Assembly (NCBI GenBank): GCA_028534125.1
Contig: CM052817.1
Coordinates: forward strand, 16,370,001 to 16,434,000
From: Lama glama
Lineage: Eukaryota
DNA: 64,000 nt
Reading direction: 5' to 3'
Below the pieces are notes generated by a model. The model searched no databases. It had not been told where the DNA came from and worked only from the letters and a program-made list of their open reading frames with translations. Below are positions 23,801 through 37,443 of the stretch, one piece after another (the first letter of the stretch is position 1; every line of letters begins with the position of its first letter). A program made the translations under genes and the position numbers.

Positions 23801-26788
23801 ATAAAACAGAGAGCTCTGGTAAAACAAGTCCAGCCAACATTCCCAAACAGGAGTCCCAAATTGCAAGGGTGGCCCTTAGGGTTTTGTTATGTTCAAGTTT
23901 ACATCAGGGTGACTTCTGTAAGGTCAAGGTCAGTGAGAAAGGTCAAGGTGCAGTGGAGAGACTTACATTTTCCCTTTTAAACTCGAAATAAGAGTAATTA
24001 CCCCTCAAGCTGTGCAACTGTACCTACGAGCTCAGCAAGTAGGTACTCCTGGCCAATTTCTAGATTTAAGCTGAAAACTGTCACTGTACATTAAAGTAGC
24101 ACTCTGTGCTCTCTAAAATAATTTTATCACTTGCTTATTAGCTAGCTGTGTGACCTGGGACACGTAGTATCTCTCAGCCTTACTTTCTATACTGAGCAAT
24201 AGGAATAGTACCCAGGTTTCTTCCCAGTGTTGCCGTTAAGACTGAATGTGTTCATTTGTGCAGATAGGTCTTGCACAGTGGCACGAACAGAAAAACTGCT
24301 CACAAAATAGTAATTCTCCCCCTTTCCTATAAAAGCTCATGTTAGATTATTGGATACAGGGCATGATTCAAACATCCTTGAAGGATCTTGGAGCTATCTT
24401 TTTCTGTTAAGAACTCAGAAGTTTGTTTTAAATACAGTTTGCAGCTGTACCTTCACCATAAACCTTGTTGACTGGATTAAGCTTACGCATCAAACAGCAC
24501 AATCTCACATAAGACCTGTATGTGTTATGTGCACATGAGTCAGGATGGGTTAAATTATATTGTAATAACAGTCCCCAGACCCCAGTGGCTTCTACAAACA
24601 CAGGTTTATTTCTTGCTTATTCCCATCTGGGGTCAGCTGGGCACCCTGCTGTGTGGCCTCACTCTGGACTGTGGTAGAGGGAGGGAGCCTGGGAACCGCT
24701 CACAGACTGTGCTCTTACAGCTTCCGGTCAGATGCGACCATGTCACTTTTGGACTGGCCTAAAGTGAACAAGTCACATGGCCATACCTAACTTCAAGGGG
24801 GAGTGGAAAAAAAAACCACCTGCCCAGAACCAAAAATATTTGGGGAATCGCATTAACAACTATCACCAAGATCTTACAGTTTACAAGGTATTTGTCACAA
24901 TAATTATCCAATTCACACAATATCCAAGATAGCAATTAATTAAATGTGATAATTCAATTATAAGGTGTCAGCGAACACCAGCAAAAACAGAGAAAACCCA
25001 GTGCAAACAGTTCGGTCAACTCTGCCCACTACTCTGCGCGGAAGCACCTTGAGCGTATGGAACGGAAGTGCTGAACCCGCTGTCTGCTCATTCCAAGACA
25101 CGCCTGCCTGGTGAAGTGCGTCTTCTGTTATGAGTGGGGTTTTCATTCTGATTGGTACTTTTTTGTAAACCGCCTCTGAATGAAGGCCAGCTATATCAGG
25201 TCTCAGCTTTAAAACTGTGATCTTTCAATATTGAAGGAATAACTGACCATTTATTCCCCTTGAAACAGCCCAGCATGCATCTCCAACAAGCACCTTCTTG
25301 GGGAGATTGAACCATATAGTGGACCATATAGTGATTTTTGCCTAAGGGCTGAGTTCAGAGTCTGACTCCTGGGTGAAAGACGAGACTGCGCTTTACCTCT
25401 TCTAGAAGGTGAGGGAATGAACAAAGGCTCATCAGCCGTCCAGTAACAAGAATACTGAGAAAGGAAGCACCTCAAATTCCCCATCTCCTCAAGTCCCCTG
25501 TGAATGCAGAGCTTAGATGCATCTCAGGAACCCTGTGGCTCTCTGGGGCTGGCCCCTGGCTCAGTATTTCACCTACCTCTTCCACCCTGAAGATGAAAGT
25601 GTGAGGCAGGAGGCTAACAGTCTCCGCTTTTCTTAGTTAATCCTGGTAAGGTTGGCTTCAAAGTCTGACCACTGGGTGTCAGGCTTCAGGGGGAAAGAAA
25701 ACAGACATGGTTTACCAACTCCACTTAATTATGCCAATGGAATTCAAGTGAGAATTGCTAAAGGATAGAAAATTAGCTGGCCCAAGTCTGTCAATGTCAG
25801 GGAATGCCCACTAAACTTTCACTCCTGTGATTCAATCAATCAATATTTATCTTTTCTGCATCTGTACAAATAATTCATTAGACAGCACAGTGGTATGACC
25901 TTAATCCTCTCTCTTGATTTAAAAATTAAAGGGGAGTGGCCAACTTCTGTATCAAGCATTTCTAGAGACAGATAACCTGAAACCTTCCCATAACAAAACA
26001 CCTGGGAATGCAGAAGATAAATACAGTAAGATCTTTTTAAATGCACAAGCGAGCACAGCAGGAAATAGGGTAAATTCCCAAGATAGGATGGGAGGAAGGG
26101 ACTGGAAATTCAAGTAAGGACAACGTGGGTGGGCACATTTTGACATCTGCCAAACTTGGCAAGACAAGAACAGGAGGAATGGGACTAAGGGGTGGAGTAC
26201 AACTGTGATTTCTACGTAGAGCCTTGGCCTTCAAAAAAGCATGTCTATAAAGTGGCACAGATATGACAAGGTAGTTCAGTTTTGCACTGGCTGTGGCCGG
26301 GGGAAGGGAAGTAACAGTGCTGCAGAGGAAAGTTAACAGAGCACTGGGGCCTGCTCTCCCCTTCCTCCACCTCCACCTCCAACAGTGGAAACCAGCTCCC
26401 CCTCACATATGTACGTTAACAGGCTGGAAACTTTGGGCCGGTTACATACCCTCACAGCACCTCATTTTCCCTGGCTGGGCAGTTGTGAAGGATTGATACA
26501 TTTAGTTTATGTTAAGTGCTTAAGTACACAAAAGGAGTGTTCAGAAAGGGAGGGCCTATCAAAATGTGTTTGAAGTATGTTTTTCTTTCAGAGTTCAACA
26601 GATTTTTCCTTAAGAAAGTAAAAAAATATGATAGGCATTATCTGAAAACTAAATAAAAAGAAATATACTCCATCTGTAGTTTTAAGGAACCAAGATTTCA
26701 CAGCCATATGAGATGCTAATCAAATTATAGAAAAAGTAGCCTGAAATTAGCAAAATTTTTAAACTTCCATCAGTTAAATTACTAAAAT

Positions 26789-26814
26789 CACACACACACA
26801 CACACACACACACA
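26789..26814 (+). repeat. (CA)n microsatellite
   Basis: Direct reading. Confidence 0.95.
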
Positions 26815-29800
26815 GATGTTTTGGTAACTATTATTCGCGTTCTCTTAATGTCACTGGAATATTTTTTTAAAAAAGTTTCTATTTGGGGAAAGCAAGAAAT
26901 CAAATGGGCTTGTAAATATAAAAGCTATCGTGTATATAATTGCATAGGGAGAAGAGCCCTCACTTGAATGAGGAGACAAAATAACAAACTGAATGACCTT
27001 GAAGCCAACTTGGTTATCTCAGGGCGTTGGTCTTCTTTGAAAATGAGCGTTTGAAATCAATGACTTTTGAGGTCCCTTCCAGCATTTTCTCTGACTTTGA
27101 CAGCTGCTGCAATTGCAACAGAAACGAACTATCCACTTGGCCCTCCTAGTCCACAAAAACAAAACACACAGTATCATTTTAAGAGTCAAAGAGTCAAATT
27201 CTTGTTTTGAATTTTAACTGCTAAGGTTAAAACTCCTCTCTTTCAAAAATCGAAAAGGTTGAATCATCAGAGGATAAAACCCATCACCACTGCAAACCAA
27301 AGTGGATTTTCAACCTAGTAGAAAATTTGAATTGACAAAGCATGCAAAAATTAGCTCAAATAGCTGCAGCCTTCCTCTGTGAGTATCCTGGTAACTGCTT
27401 AGTGGTTTGTTTATGGTTTATGCAGCAAAAAGCCATGAGTCTGGAAGCATGAATGTACATATGCCCTGAAACTAGAAACTTCACTCAACAGGGACGTCTT
27501 CTTCAAGGAAAAATAACACAACTAAAAAACTACAAGTTCTTAATCAAAAGATTTAATTGTTTTCACAGGATTCTTTTTTTCTGGGGGGGAAACACGTGGG
27601 AGTAAATCAACTGTCAATCATGCGTTTGCAAAATTCCCCATTTTTTACAGTCACTGGATTTACATACATTTGTAAGTGGTGTTTCTCCATATACACATAC
27701 AGTGAAAGACACTGTCCAAATAACTTTTGATGTAAGGTGGAACTTAGAAAGAAAAATCACTTAAGAAATCAAATCTCATATAATAGAAATACTTTAAGCA
27801 CACAGCATTCACACAGTTGACTGTAGATCCTAAATGCTTATCTCAACAGAGGAAATGCAATTAAGCGGCCTTCACTCAAAATGGTGTCAGAAGGCAACTA
27901 TCCTATTTACTAGCCACTGATAAGTTATGACAACACTATTTCATAGCCTGTCATCGTAGTTCTTTTAACCCCTTGCCCTCTCCTAGCACTGGGATTCAGG
28001 ATTTCCTCAACACTAAGGACTTACCTCAAAAGCTTTTAGTTCAGAGCAGTAAAATAAATAAATAAATAAAGATTGCAATGCCACACTCAGGAACTAGACA
28101 ATGACTTGGAAATAAAAAAGGGGGAAGGAGGAGAATTGATGAACTGTCACTCATCTAAGTTTTCTACTTTTTAATAAATAGCAAAACTAAACTGGAAACA
28201 CTAACTTAAAAAATAAATCTAGCAGACCTAGAAATTCTGTGTGAAATCCAATGGCCATGGAAAACATTTCAAGCACTTCTAGTAGGTCTTTATTCAGATA
28301 CATTGTTCAGATATTATTTAATAGTAAATATGAACAATTTGGCAAAAGACACAATATACCTTTTCACAAAAGTAAATTTTGAAAAATGACTCTCTAGCTA
28401 TACAAAAGCTATCAGTATTATCAGTATTTTAATATGAATATAAGCTAATTCTCTTAATTATATCATTTAAACATGATTTTTCTCTCTTCCCTTATGAGAC
28501 TGGGGGAAAAATGCTAAAGAAGAAAAACAGTGGATGTTTCTGCCAAATAGTTCAGAAAGTCTTCTGTAGCTGCCCCTGCTTGCCTAGCTGAGCCTAAACC
28601 CTGTCACGAGACTGAAAAAGAAAGGTAAAAGCAAGTGAGGCCCTGCTGCGGGAACTTCAACTGGATCCTTTGGGAGTGTATGACACCCTAAGTTTCTCTT
28701 GTAGACAAATATTTTAGTCACTTATTTGTAATCAGACACTGACTTCAGCAGATTACAGTACAGGATCTGTAAACACTGTCACAGACACTACACTCTGTCA
28801 ATTCACAAATATAATATAGATTATCCATGAAAAGCTTGTGATGATTCCTTTCAATACATTCTTTCTGGATACTTTTCTGCACCCATCCCCTAGCGTAGAA
28901 TCAGCAAAAAAAGAAGGCATTCAGGTCACTTAAACCTTCTCGTCATATTCACAATACTACTGACACTTACACAGGGTTATCTTTCCAGATGACTTTAACT
29001 AAGAATCTTAAGAGTCAGAAATTAAGCAAGACAGACTGCTGGAAGGTGGTCACAGTAACTGTTCCAAAATCCATGTAAAGAATGAAGCTTTACTCAGGCC
29101 CCACGAAATACCCGATCATATTTGTAACAATGAAATAGGAAAAGCTGCTACCTATGGGCATTCACTGGACCAGGTGTTAGTTATATACTATTTCATTTAG
29201 TGAACCCAATCCTTTGGCAAAATACTATAACCACTTGTCCCTTTACAAATGAGGAAGGTGGTTAGCTAAATCACAAATCCCACAATCCCACTGCTGATTA
29301 AGGGCAGAGCTGGGATCTAAAACCTTGATCAGTCTGTTTCTAAAGCTCATTACGTCATATTCTTACCCCACAGTCCTTGGACAATCTGGTTTCTAGCCCA
29401 GTGGTTAAGAGTAGGCAGTCTAAGAAGTTCCCCCACCACCAGTGAGGAAGGGAACAACGCAATAAAAAAGTAGATGCAAAAAAGCAAGCCACGGTGGATA
29501 TATTTTTTTTAAATAGCCGCTAAAAAGTTACTGTGTACCAGGCCTAGTGGTAGGTATTAGGGACACAGTGACATGTGACACAGTCCCTGCCCTTCAGGAG
29601 CTCAAAGCCTACCAGAGAAAACCTGCCTTAAATACTGAGGCTCCAAGATAGAAATGGGAAAGACAATCATCACGATGGCTCCAAGTCATGGGAAAAGCAG
29701 TTTAGTGTGAGTAAGTAGGAAGAAATAGGATTCACTTTGGTTTGGAAATATTTCTAACCCCAAAACTAAACAAGTGACTTTTGGATGTTTCCCTTAGACC

Positions 29801-31537
29801 AGCGTAGTATCAATGATCCATTTTAAAAAGTCAAGAAGTGGTTGCACCGCAAATTCATAATTAAGCAAATCATCAGTAAAAAAGATCCCATCAGCCCCCG
29901 GTAGTACCACTTCAGGAAGAGAATGATGCAGTGATGTTCCTTTCCCATTTTCTTGTGAACATTAAACCAGAAAGGAAAACTAGACCCACCCTACTCACAC
30001 AGGTACCTAATATATAATGCAGATAATGTTCTCAACTTACGAGATCACAATCTTGGAACCATGCAGTGCATCAAGGACTCCAACCAGGCTTTATATTATA
30101 TATTCAAGCTCAGGGAAAATGGATCAAGTACTGCAGGGATCCCTTAGGTAGGCAGAATGAGGAATGCCAGTTCTGCTGATGAGTGGGCCACGTGACCTTG
30201 GACCTCAGTTCTTGGGGGATGGGGGGAGAAGGCGCAATCCACCCCAGAGGCATGAGATTCAGTCCTGATCAGGGACTCTGAAGAGTTCCTACATTATCTT
30301 TAAAGTTGCTACTGACTGCTTTCTTTTTAACTCCACCATGCCCAATTATTTCTTGCCTTCAGTCTACCTGTTTCTTGGTGAAGACAGTGTAGTAACTGTC
30401 CAAGAGAGCTGTTCATTTAGAAGTTCTAGATACTCGAAGATACCCCAAACTACATTTCTCTATAGTAATAAACAAACTGGGGGAAATTAGGGCTTCAAAG
30501 ACTTTTCTTATCCCTGACAAACAAAATACCTTGTACCAAAAATGACATGAGCAGATCCTGATCATCACACCACTTTAAGGAGACACCTCTAAAGCAATCA
30601 GCACTTTCTGTACAAACTCCTGTTTCTCTAAGGTAATTAACTGTCTCTATAAAGGCAAGGAAGAACGAATCAGGTGTTCAAAGCTTTAAGCCATCAGTCC
30701 AGCCTCTCTTAAATGTAAAAAAGTAAACATTAACAAGATAAAATGAAAACTATTTTTTTGAATTACAAAAAATTTCAATACAATTAACTCTGGAAAGTAA
30801 TGATTTCCCAAAACAGCCACAGATAGCTTTTTAAGAATTTCTAAGTAAATATTTTACAAAATAGTCTCCAGTATGTTTCTGTACTAAGCAGAACTGAGGC
30901 TGTACAATAAAAAGCAAACATGCTAAAGTAATATGCCATACACTTCACAATTCAGAGATGAAACTTTAATCATTTCTTCTTCAATTTACTGCACAAGTTT
31001 ATCTACCATTCCTTAAAAATTGGAATGTTTCCCTTTTAAAGAATGTTAGCACTGGTAAATTCTCCCTTTGAATCGAATACTAGGTACTAAATACCATGAG
31101 TGCCAAAGAGCTGAAATATTCCCAGTATCTAATCTGAACAATTCTACTTCTTTATATGGTCTAAAATAAACAACACTCACCTCTGTAAACATTAAAATAA
31201 ATTTCCATTCACTAAGGGTTTTAAACGTTACTTCCTAAAATTGATAGCAAGCCTCTGATCATGCCTTAGATTTGGCTAAGTCAAAATTTGTCAATTGCCA
31301 ACAATTTTTCATGAGAACAAATGAACAAATTTCATAAGAGCTAAAAAATAAGACACTTTTCAGCAAAAACACATCTATTACCAAGTATAGAATGTGTTCA
31401 CCAAGGCAACTAACCAAAAATCATGAGAACAAAAGTGTAAAGAAAATTCAGATACTTGATGAGTTTATAGCTGCCATCGAAACCTAAATACATGAGCTCA
31501 ATCAATTAATCCGTAAGTATAAAGAACATTTGCTTTG

Positions 31538-31539
<2 letters not shown>

Positions 31540-31576
<37 letters not shown>

Positions 31577-31585
31577 ATATATATA
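31540..31585 (+). repeat. (TA)n microsatellite
   Basis: Direct reading. Confidence 0.95.
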
Positions 31586-32404
31586 ATTTTTTTTTAATGG
31601 CCATATCTTAACTACTTTTCTCCATGCTTGCTATAACCATCCTCAACCTAGGGCAGCCTCCTCCCTGGTTTCAGTTCCCAAACTAGAGATCACAGAGGAG
31701 GAACCTGAGCACAGCAAACGGTCAAATACCTAAGATCTAACTAAACCTGCCCGTGACCTAAGGCATCCCTCTGATGATCCTTTGCCTACTCACAATCAGA
31801 CCACTTGTCAAGTTCCTTTCATACATTTTTGCCTTCCCTCAAGCCTGAACAAGATATCCAGTGAACTCAGATCAAGTTGGATTCCCCCATTCCCCTTAAA
31901 AAAGAGGTATTTGAGTTGGGGTGCCTTAACCCTCCCTTCTGTCTTCACTCTAGTCTTCCTAATAAGTAAGTTTTCTCATTTCCAAGGCTAACACCACCAA
32001 ATCTGGCCTCCACCTCAGTCCCTCTTAAGCCCTAGGTCCAGGTTTTGCTTAAAAAGGTTAAGGTAGGTCCCCCTTCTTTAAAAAAATATTCCTCCCATCT
32101 TAATCTTAATCATGCAACTTCTTATAACAAGTAGACTTTGAAGGCTTTTCCTACTTCAAAACCCTCTCTTTCATTCAACAATGCCCTAATGCCTGGTGAG
32201 GCATGCTGAAGAACAGGGGCCTCCCCACAGGGAACAGCCACAACCCCGATGCGGATTACTGAGTGTTACCCTTATCAGGCAGGCCTGTCCTTGCCTCACC
32301 TATGAATATTTTGAGAAAACTTTATGCGGTCTCTGTCCCTTTCTAAACAATGGCTCTAAGTGGTTTGAAACAGGTGCATAAACAAACATAACACACTTAA
32401 TATA

Positions 32405-32725
32405 CTAATACATGCAACACAGATGAATCTTAAAGAGTATCATGCCCAACAATAGGAGCCAGACACAAAAAACTACAACCAGTTTGATTTCATTTATGAC
32501 CTTCTGGAAAAGTCTAAATTAAAATGACCATAAGTCCGTGGGCTTGCCAAGCTCTTGGAGTGAGCTACGGAGATTAGTGTGCAAAGGGACAGGGAAAAAC
32601 CTTCTGGGGTGATGAAAATGTCGTGTAACGATTGTGGTGATTACACAACTATAAATCTGTCAAACTCCATTAAACTGCTGATCTAAAAAAGGTAGTTTAT
32701 GTAAATTATACCTCAATTAAAGTAG
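32405..32725 (+). mobile_element. Old L1M 3' fragment
   Basis: catgcaacacagatgaatctt...agccagacacaaaaa...ggggtgatgaaaatgt...tatgtaaattatacctcaat. Confidence 0.7.
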
Positions 32726-35029
32726 AACTTTAAAAACTGTCTCTGAACCATGACTCTTGGCCTGAAATCCTGTTAATCATCTAAGAAATCATTAGAGCCT
32801 GTTGAAATTATTTGTCTGACATCCAACTAAGCCTCCTGAACAAAACTTTCTGATTACGTAACCCCAACGTCGCGAACAGTCACACAGAATCCAGCTTTAA
32901 GAATTAAGGGAAAAAAATAGTCTAAACTAGTTAGCTTTAACTTATAAATTCAAATTTCCAGCTTGGTTTGAAATACCATCAGGCATTGTCACAAGACACA
33001 GAGCTAGGGATGGGAGCTTATCCCAACCCTTAACCACTTCCATTGACTCACACTTATCATTTAACTTACTTGGCTGCTTATTTATCTCACTTCCCTCAAT
33101 ACTTGGCTAATCCTTAACCGATCTTTCCTTTCTGATAACTATAGCTCTTTCATCTTCATCACATTCACTATATCTTGCTTTTTATTATAGATCTCCGAAC
33201 ACAATTCTTAAGCAGCAACCAAAAGATAACTCAAGACAGTCTCTGAATTATCAATTTTTACAAATTCACACAATGCCTTCCAAAGTTGGTACTTCATAAA
33301 ATGAACAATGATCAGTATTACTAAGCAATTTATACAGAAATTCTATGAAGGAATACCTACACCAAGTAAAGTAAAACTTCTATCTGGGAGAAGTGTTAAC
33401 AAGTTATAAATATAGTTTTCCCAAGGTTACCATGAGTTCTCAATCAGGTTCCCTTTACTACAGTTTACTATTAATTACAAATGAAGACTCTACAAAAAAG
33501 TGTCTTTTCAAACAATAAAATATGCCCACATGTTAATAAAAAGAATTAAGAAACTTGCCAAATATAAGTAACTCCCAGATTTGGATTGAAATCAGCATAT
33601 AACCAATAACTGAGGGGGGTAGAGAGCAGCTCTGATTAAGTTCCAATACCCTAGAAATGAGCAATTATCAAGTCCAAGCTACAGAATTCACATTAAGCCA
33701 TATAGGAAGATTCCCAGAATCTAACTACTGTATGCCAATAAAAGTAATTAAAAGTCACCACAGCAGTAAGTTCTCAATAAACCCTGGTGATGGCAAGGTG
33801 ACTACTTGTGTGATGGTTATCTACTGGGCCATTTTATCCATAGTTACAGTAATAGGGCACCTCTAAAAATGCCTGGAACCAGACCATAATCCCCTCCTAT
33901 ACTTTCACTAATATAAAAAGAAACTGTAACATTCAAATCAATGTTTAAATATATACCAAATCTGTCAACTTTATTTTTACATTCAATATTACAAAAAGTG
34001 CATTTGAGAACAATGTGTAGGTTACTTTCACACTACAAGAATTCTGGAACTATTAAAAAATATATACAATTAAGACATTCCTATCCCAATTATTTAAGAA
34101 GCAATTTTTAAAATCTTTTATTTTTTCTTTTATTTTTATTGTAGTCAGTTTACAATGTACACTTAGAAATTAACACAACATTGTAAAATGTCTTTAATTT
34201 TAAAATGTTATTTAATGGGCTATAAATGCCCTTAAATATGTGGGGTGAGGTCTCCAAAGATTAATGTTGTCCAAGGTCTGTGAGGGTCTTTTCTGGGCCC
34301 AAAGCCACATTCAAAATTATCGTGTAATAATTAGATACCTTAAATTTATAATAAGATTAATATAAGCCAAAAGTATGCTATGATTGCATTAAAGGGTAAT
34401 GTAATCTTTAATTGCATTAACTGAAGCGATGGCATGCCAGGTCCCCTGGGAGATACAAGTTCCACTGCACTCTGACCAGTCTAGACCAAAATACTGACTA
34501 CAGTCCAGAGAACACCGAGCAGAGGTTAAGCGGAAATCTAGAAACTGTATCAAAGGGGAAGGCTGAAGGGAAGACAGACTATTCAAGCCTAAATAATAAA
34601 GGAAGATGACAGTTAACTCAAGGAACTCAATGGTACCATGCTGAAGAACAGCCAGGCTTACTTTTACCTTTGCTCTAGAATTCAAGTTACAGAGAAAGTA
34701 TTTAGCACAGCATTTCTAACAGAACTATTAAGATGTCTTCAAAAGTAATGGTTTTCTCTAAAGCATATGAGCAGAGGGAATGGCCATTAAAATTATTTAG
34801 AAGAGAATTCCAATATTTCCAAGTACCTTACAGACCTAAAGTTTGAGGACTAAGTCACATGCTATATAAAAACATTCAGCATAGAATCCTTCTGTTTTGG
34901 GGATTCTGGCTATGGACTGTCCTATACCATGTGGTGTTCATTCCCTCAGCCTTTACAGGCAAAGGCTCTACTTGCTGATGATCTTCCTTCCTTATACTAC
35001 ATAGTCTGCACCACCTGTCTAGAGGTTCT

Positions 35030-35172
35030 GTAACCACACATCCACAGGGATGTGGAACCTATGGATACAGAGGTACTATGCCGTTTTAGATAAGGGACTA
35101 AAGCATCCACAGATTCTGGTATCCACAAGGGGTCCTACAACTAATCCTCCGCAGAACTCAGAATGACTGTAC
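35030..35172. mobile_element. MER2-like (Tigger) DNA transposon fragment
   Basis: taagggactaaagcatccacagattctggtatcc...gaatgactgta. Confidence 0.6.
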
Positions 35173-36834
35173 TCACAACAAAAAACAGTTCTATTTTAAA
35201 TTGAGAGATAAGGAGATCTCTTCAGCAAATCTTCAGAAAAGATTACTGAGGAAGTTTTAACATTTACTTTCTTGCTCTAGATCACTGGCGACCATCTGAC
35301 AGTAGTAATCACCTATGTGACCAAAGGAAACTGTAAGCAACTTCCAAATCTGTAAAATAATGGGGTTGGAGAACACAAGTTTAAAAATCCACATCTTTGC
35401 CAGTAACACCCCAGCTTTAGTCAGTTGTGGCCAACCTCAAAAAACTAGAGAAGTGGGGTACGCATGAGAATAGGGAATAAAGACTCAGTTTGCTTTCTGT
35501 TTCCATGCAGCCACGCCCAATGGAGACTCATCACTTTTAAGTTGTAAAGAACACTAGCCCTTCCTTGAAACTGCTAAATAAATACCCAATTTCGTTCTAC
35601 ATACCACTCTGTAACTTGTTTCTCTATAAGAAAACCTAATGTTCTAACTCCAGATTTTAAAAAGCACAAGATTGAACAATATATACACTACACTGAGATC
35701 TATTTAAAATTGGATAGATGGTCAGATTATAAAGATATGCCACTGGTTTACCAACTGTATACAGTGGTATAATTTTAACAGGCAATTTATTACTAATTGA
35801 AAAGTCAGACCAAGTGCCTAGACTTAACCTTAAAAAATGTTAGCGTATAACGTTGCCAATACTTAACAAAGGGTGAAATTTTAACTAATTTATAAATATG
35901 AAACCTAAAATATTATTTCAGCATGTAACTTATTCCATGGGAACAAAATCAGGCACTTAATAGAAGCATATTAAACTCTTTCAAACCACTAGGCTTTTAA
36001 TAAGTTACCTACACTACAAAGTATCCCAGTAGCCTGAAAATCTTTTAAATTGTCCAATTAAATCACAAACTAGATTTTTGCCTCAAAGTATATTTAAATT
36101 ACAACTACGTACACCTATAAAATTTAAATATTTTTAAACGTAGGGAAGGGTAGAAGAGGGGAGTCCAGACATTAATGGGTACATTATTTACTCTTCAAGT
36201 GAAAGGAACTGATTTACTGTAGACCCTTTGATGGGTCACACCAAACACCTCATTTGTGATTAAAAATAGGTTTTAACTTGTCCACGGCCTATCACAGGAA
36301 GTGGAAAGTCAAATTCACATTTTTAACACACTATACTTATTACTTTGTATATTGCACAATACATCCAACACCAAGAATTTAGTAAAATCGACCCCCAGAT
36401 CTACAATATAGTATCACTTTCTACTGTCTATTTAATACAAACAAGCATCTGTTTCAGTGTCTAAAGTGCTTAGAACATCTAGGTAAAGCAAAAAGATCTG
36501 CCAAAAATGTGGTAACAAAATAATAAATTATCAGTCTTCTGAAATGAACTTGAAGAGAAAACCATCCTTCCATTATCTTTGGGGATCCAATTCTGAGTAA
36601 AAACAACATACTTTATCCCATTACATCACAGCCTGATTAACCCATCGAAGTGCTATGTTCTTAAAAACACTGCTTTAGTGACTATTTTAAAGAGTAGCCA
36701 TTGTGGGAAGATGGTGAATATGTAATCACAGTACATTTACAGTTTAAGGGAAAAAATAAAAGCCCCGCACTTGGGAAGAGAAGAAGCCATACTTAAAGAG
36801 ACTAGAACAAAAATATCAGAGTGATGTGGCTGAA

Positions 36835-37284
36835 ATTAGTATAAATAGACTTTATTGAAGTCAGTGCCTCTGTACTGAGACAGAAGATTGTGTCTACATA
36901 AGCACAAGTTGTAACATTTCACAACTTCTAAAAGGAATGTCAACAATTACAACGATCATGCATACCATGGTCGATAATCACATTTTAGAAGCATTTTCAA
37001 CCATTTCTAAAGAAATGCTTATAACATTGTTATATATAGAACTACTTTCAATAAACTGCAAAACATTGATCGACTTTTCCAGTATGAGCTACAGTGTCAA
37101 CACAAAAGGGAGGCATAAATGTTTAATTTATGAAATCAGAATGGAATATTTACTGTAAAGAAAAATTAAAAAGCTTTCAAATAAAGGCCATTATTGAACC
37201 AATGTGAAGAGCACAACTTGAACTTTTGAGTTCATTCATCTTTTAAAGCTGTCCTCTGAATAACTTCAGTTCTAAGCATTGAAT
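36835..37284 (-). other. DHX15: DHX15 3' UTR
   Basis: Between the TGA stop (37285-37287) and the AATAAA at 36851-36856; cleavage site approximate. Confidence 0.85.
36851..36856 (-). terminator. DHX15: Polyadenylation signal AATAAA of DHX15
   Basis: tttatt on +, ~430 nt after the stop; U-rich sequence downstream on minus. Confidence 0.8.
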
Positions 37285-37443
<159 letters not shown>

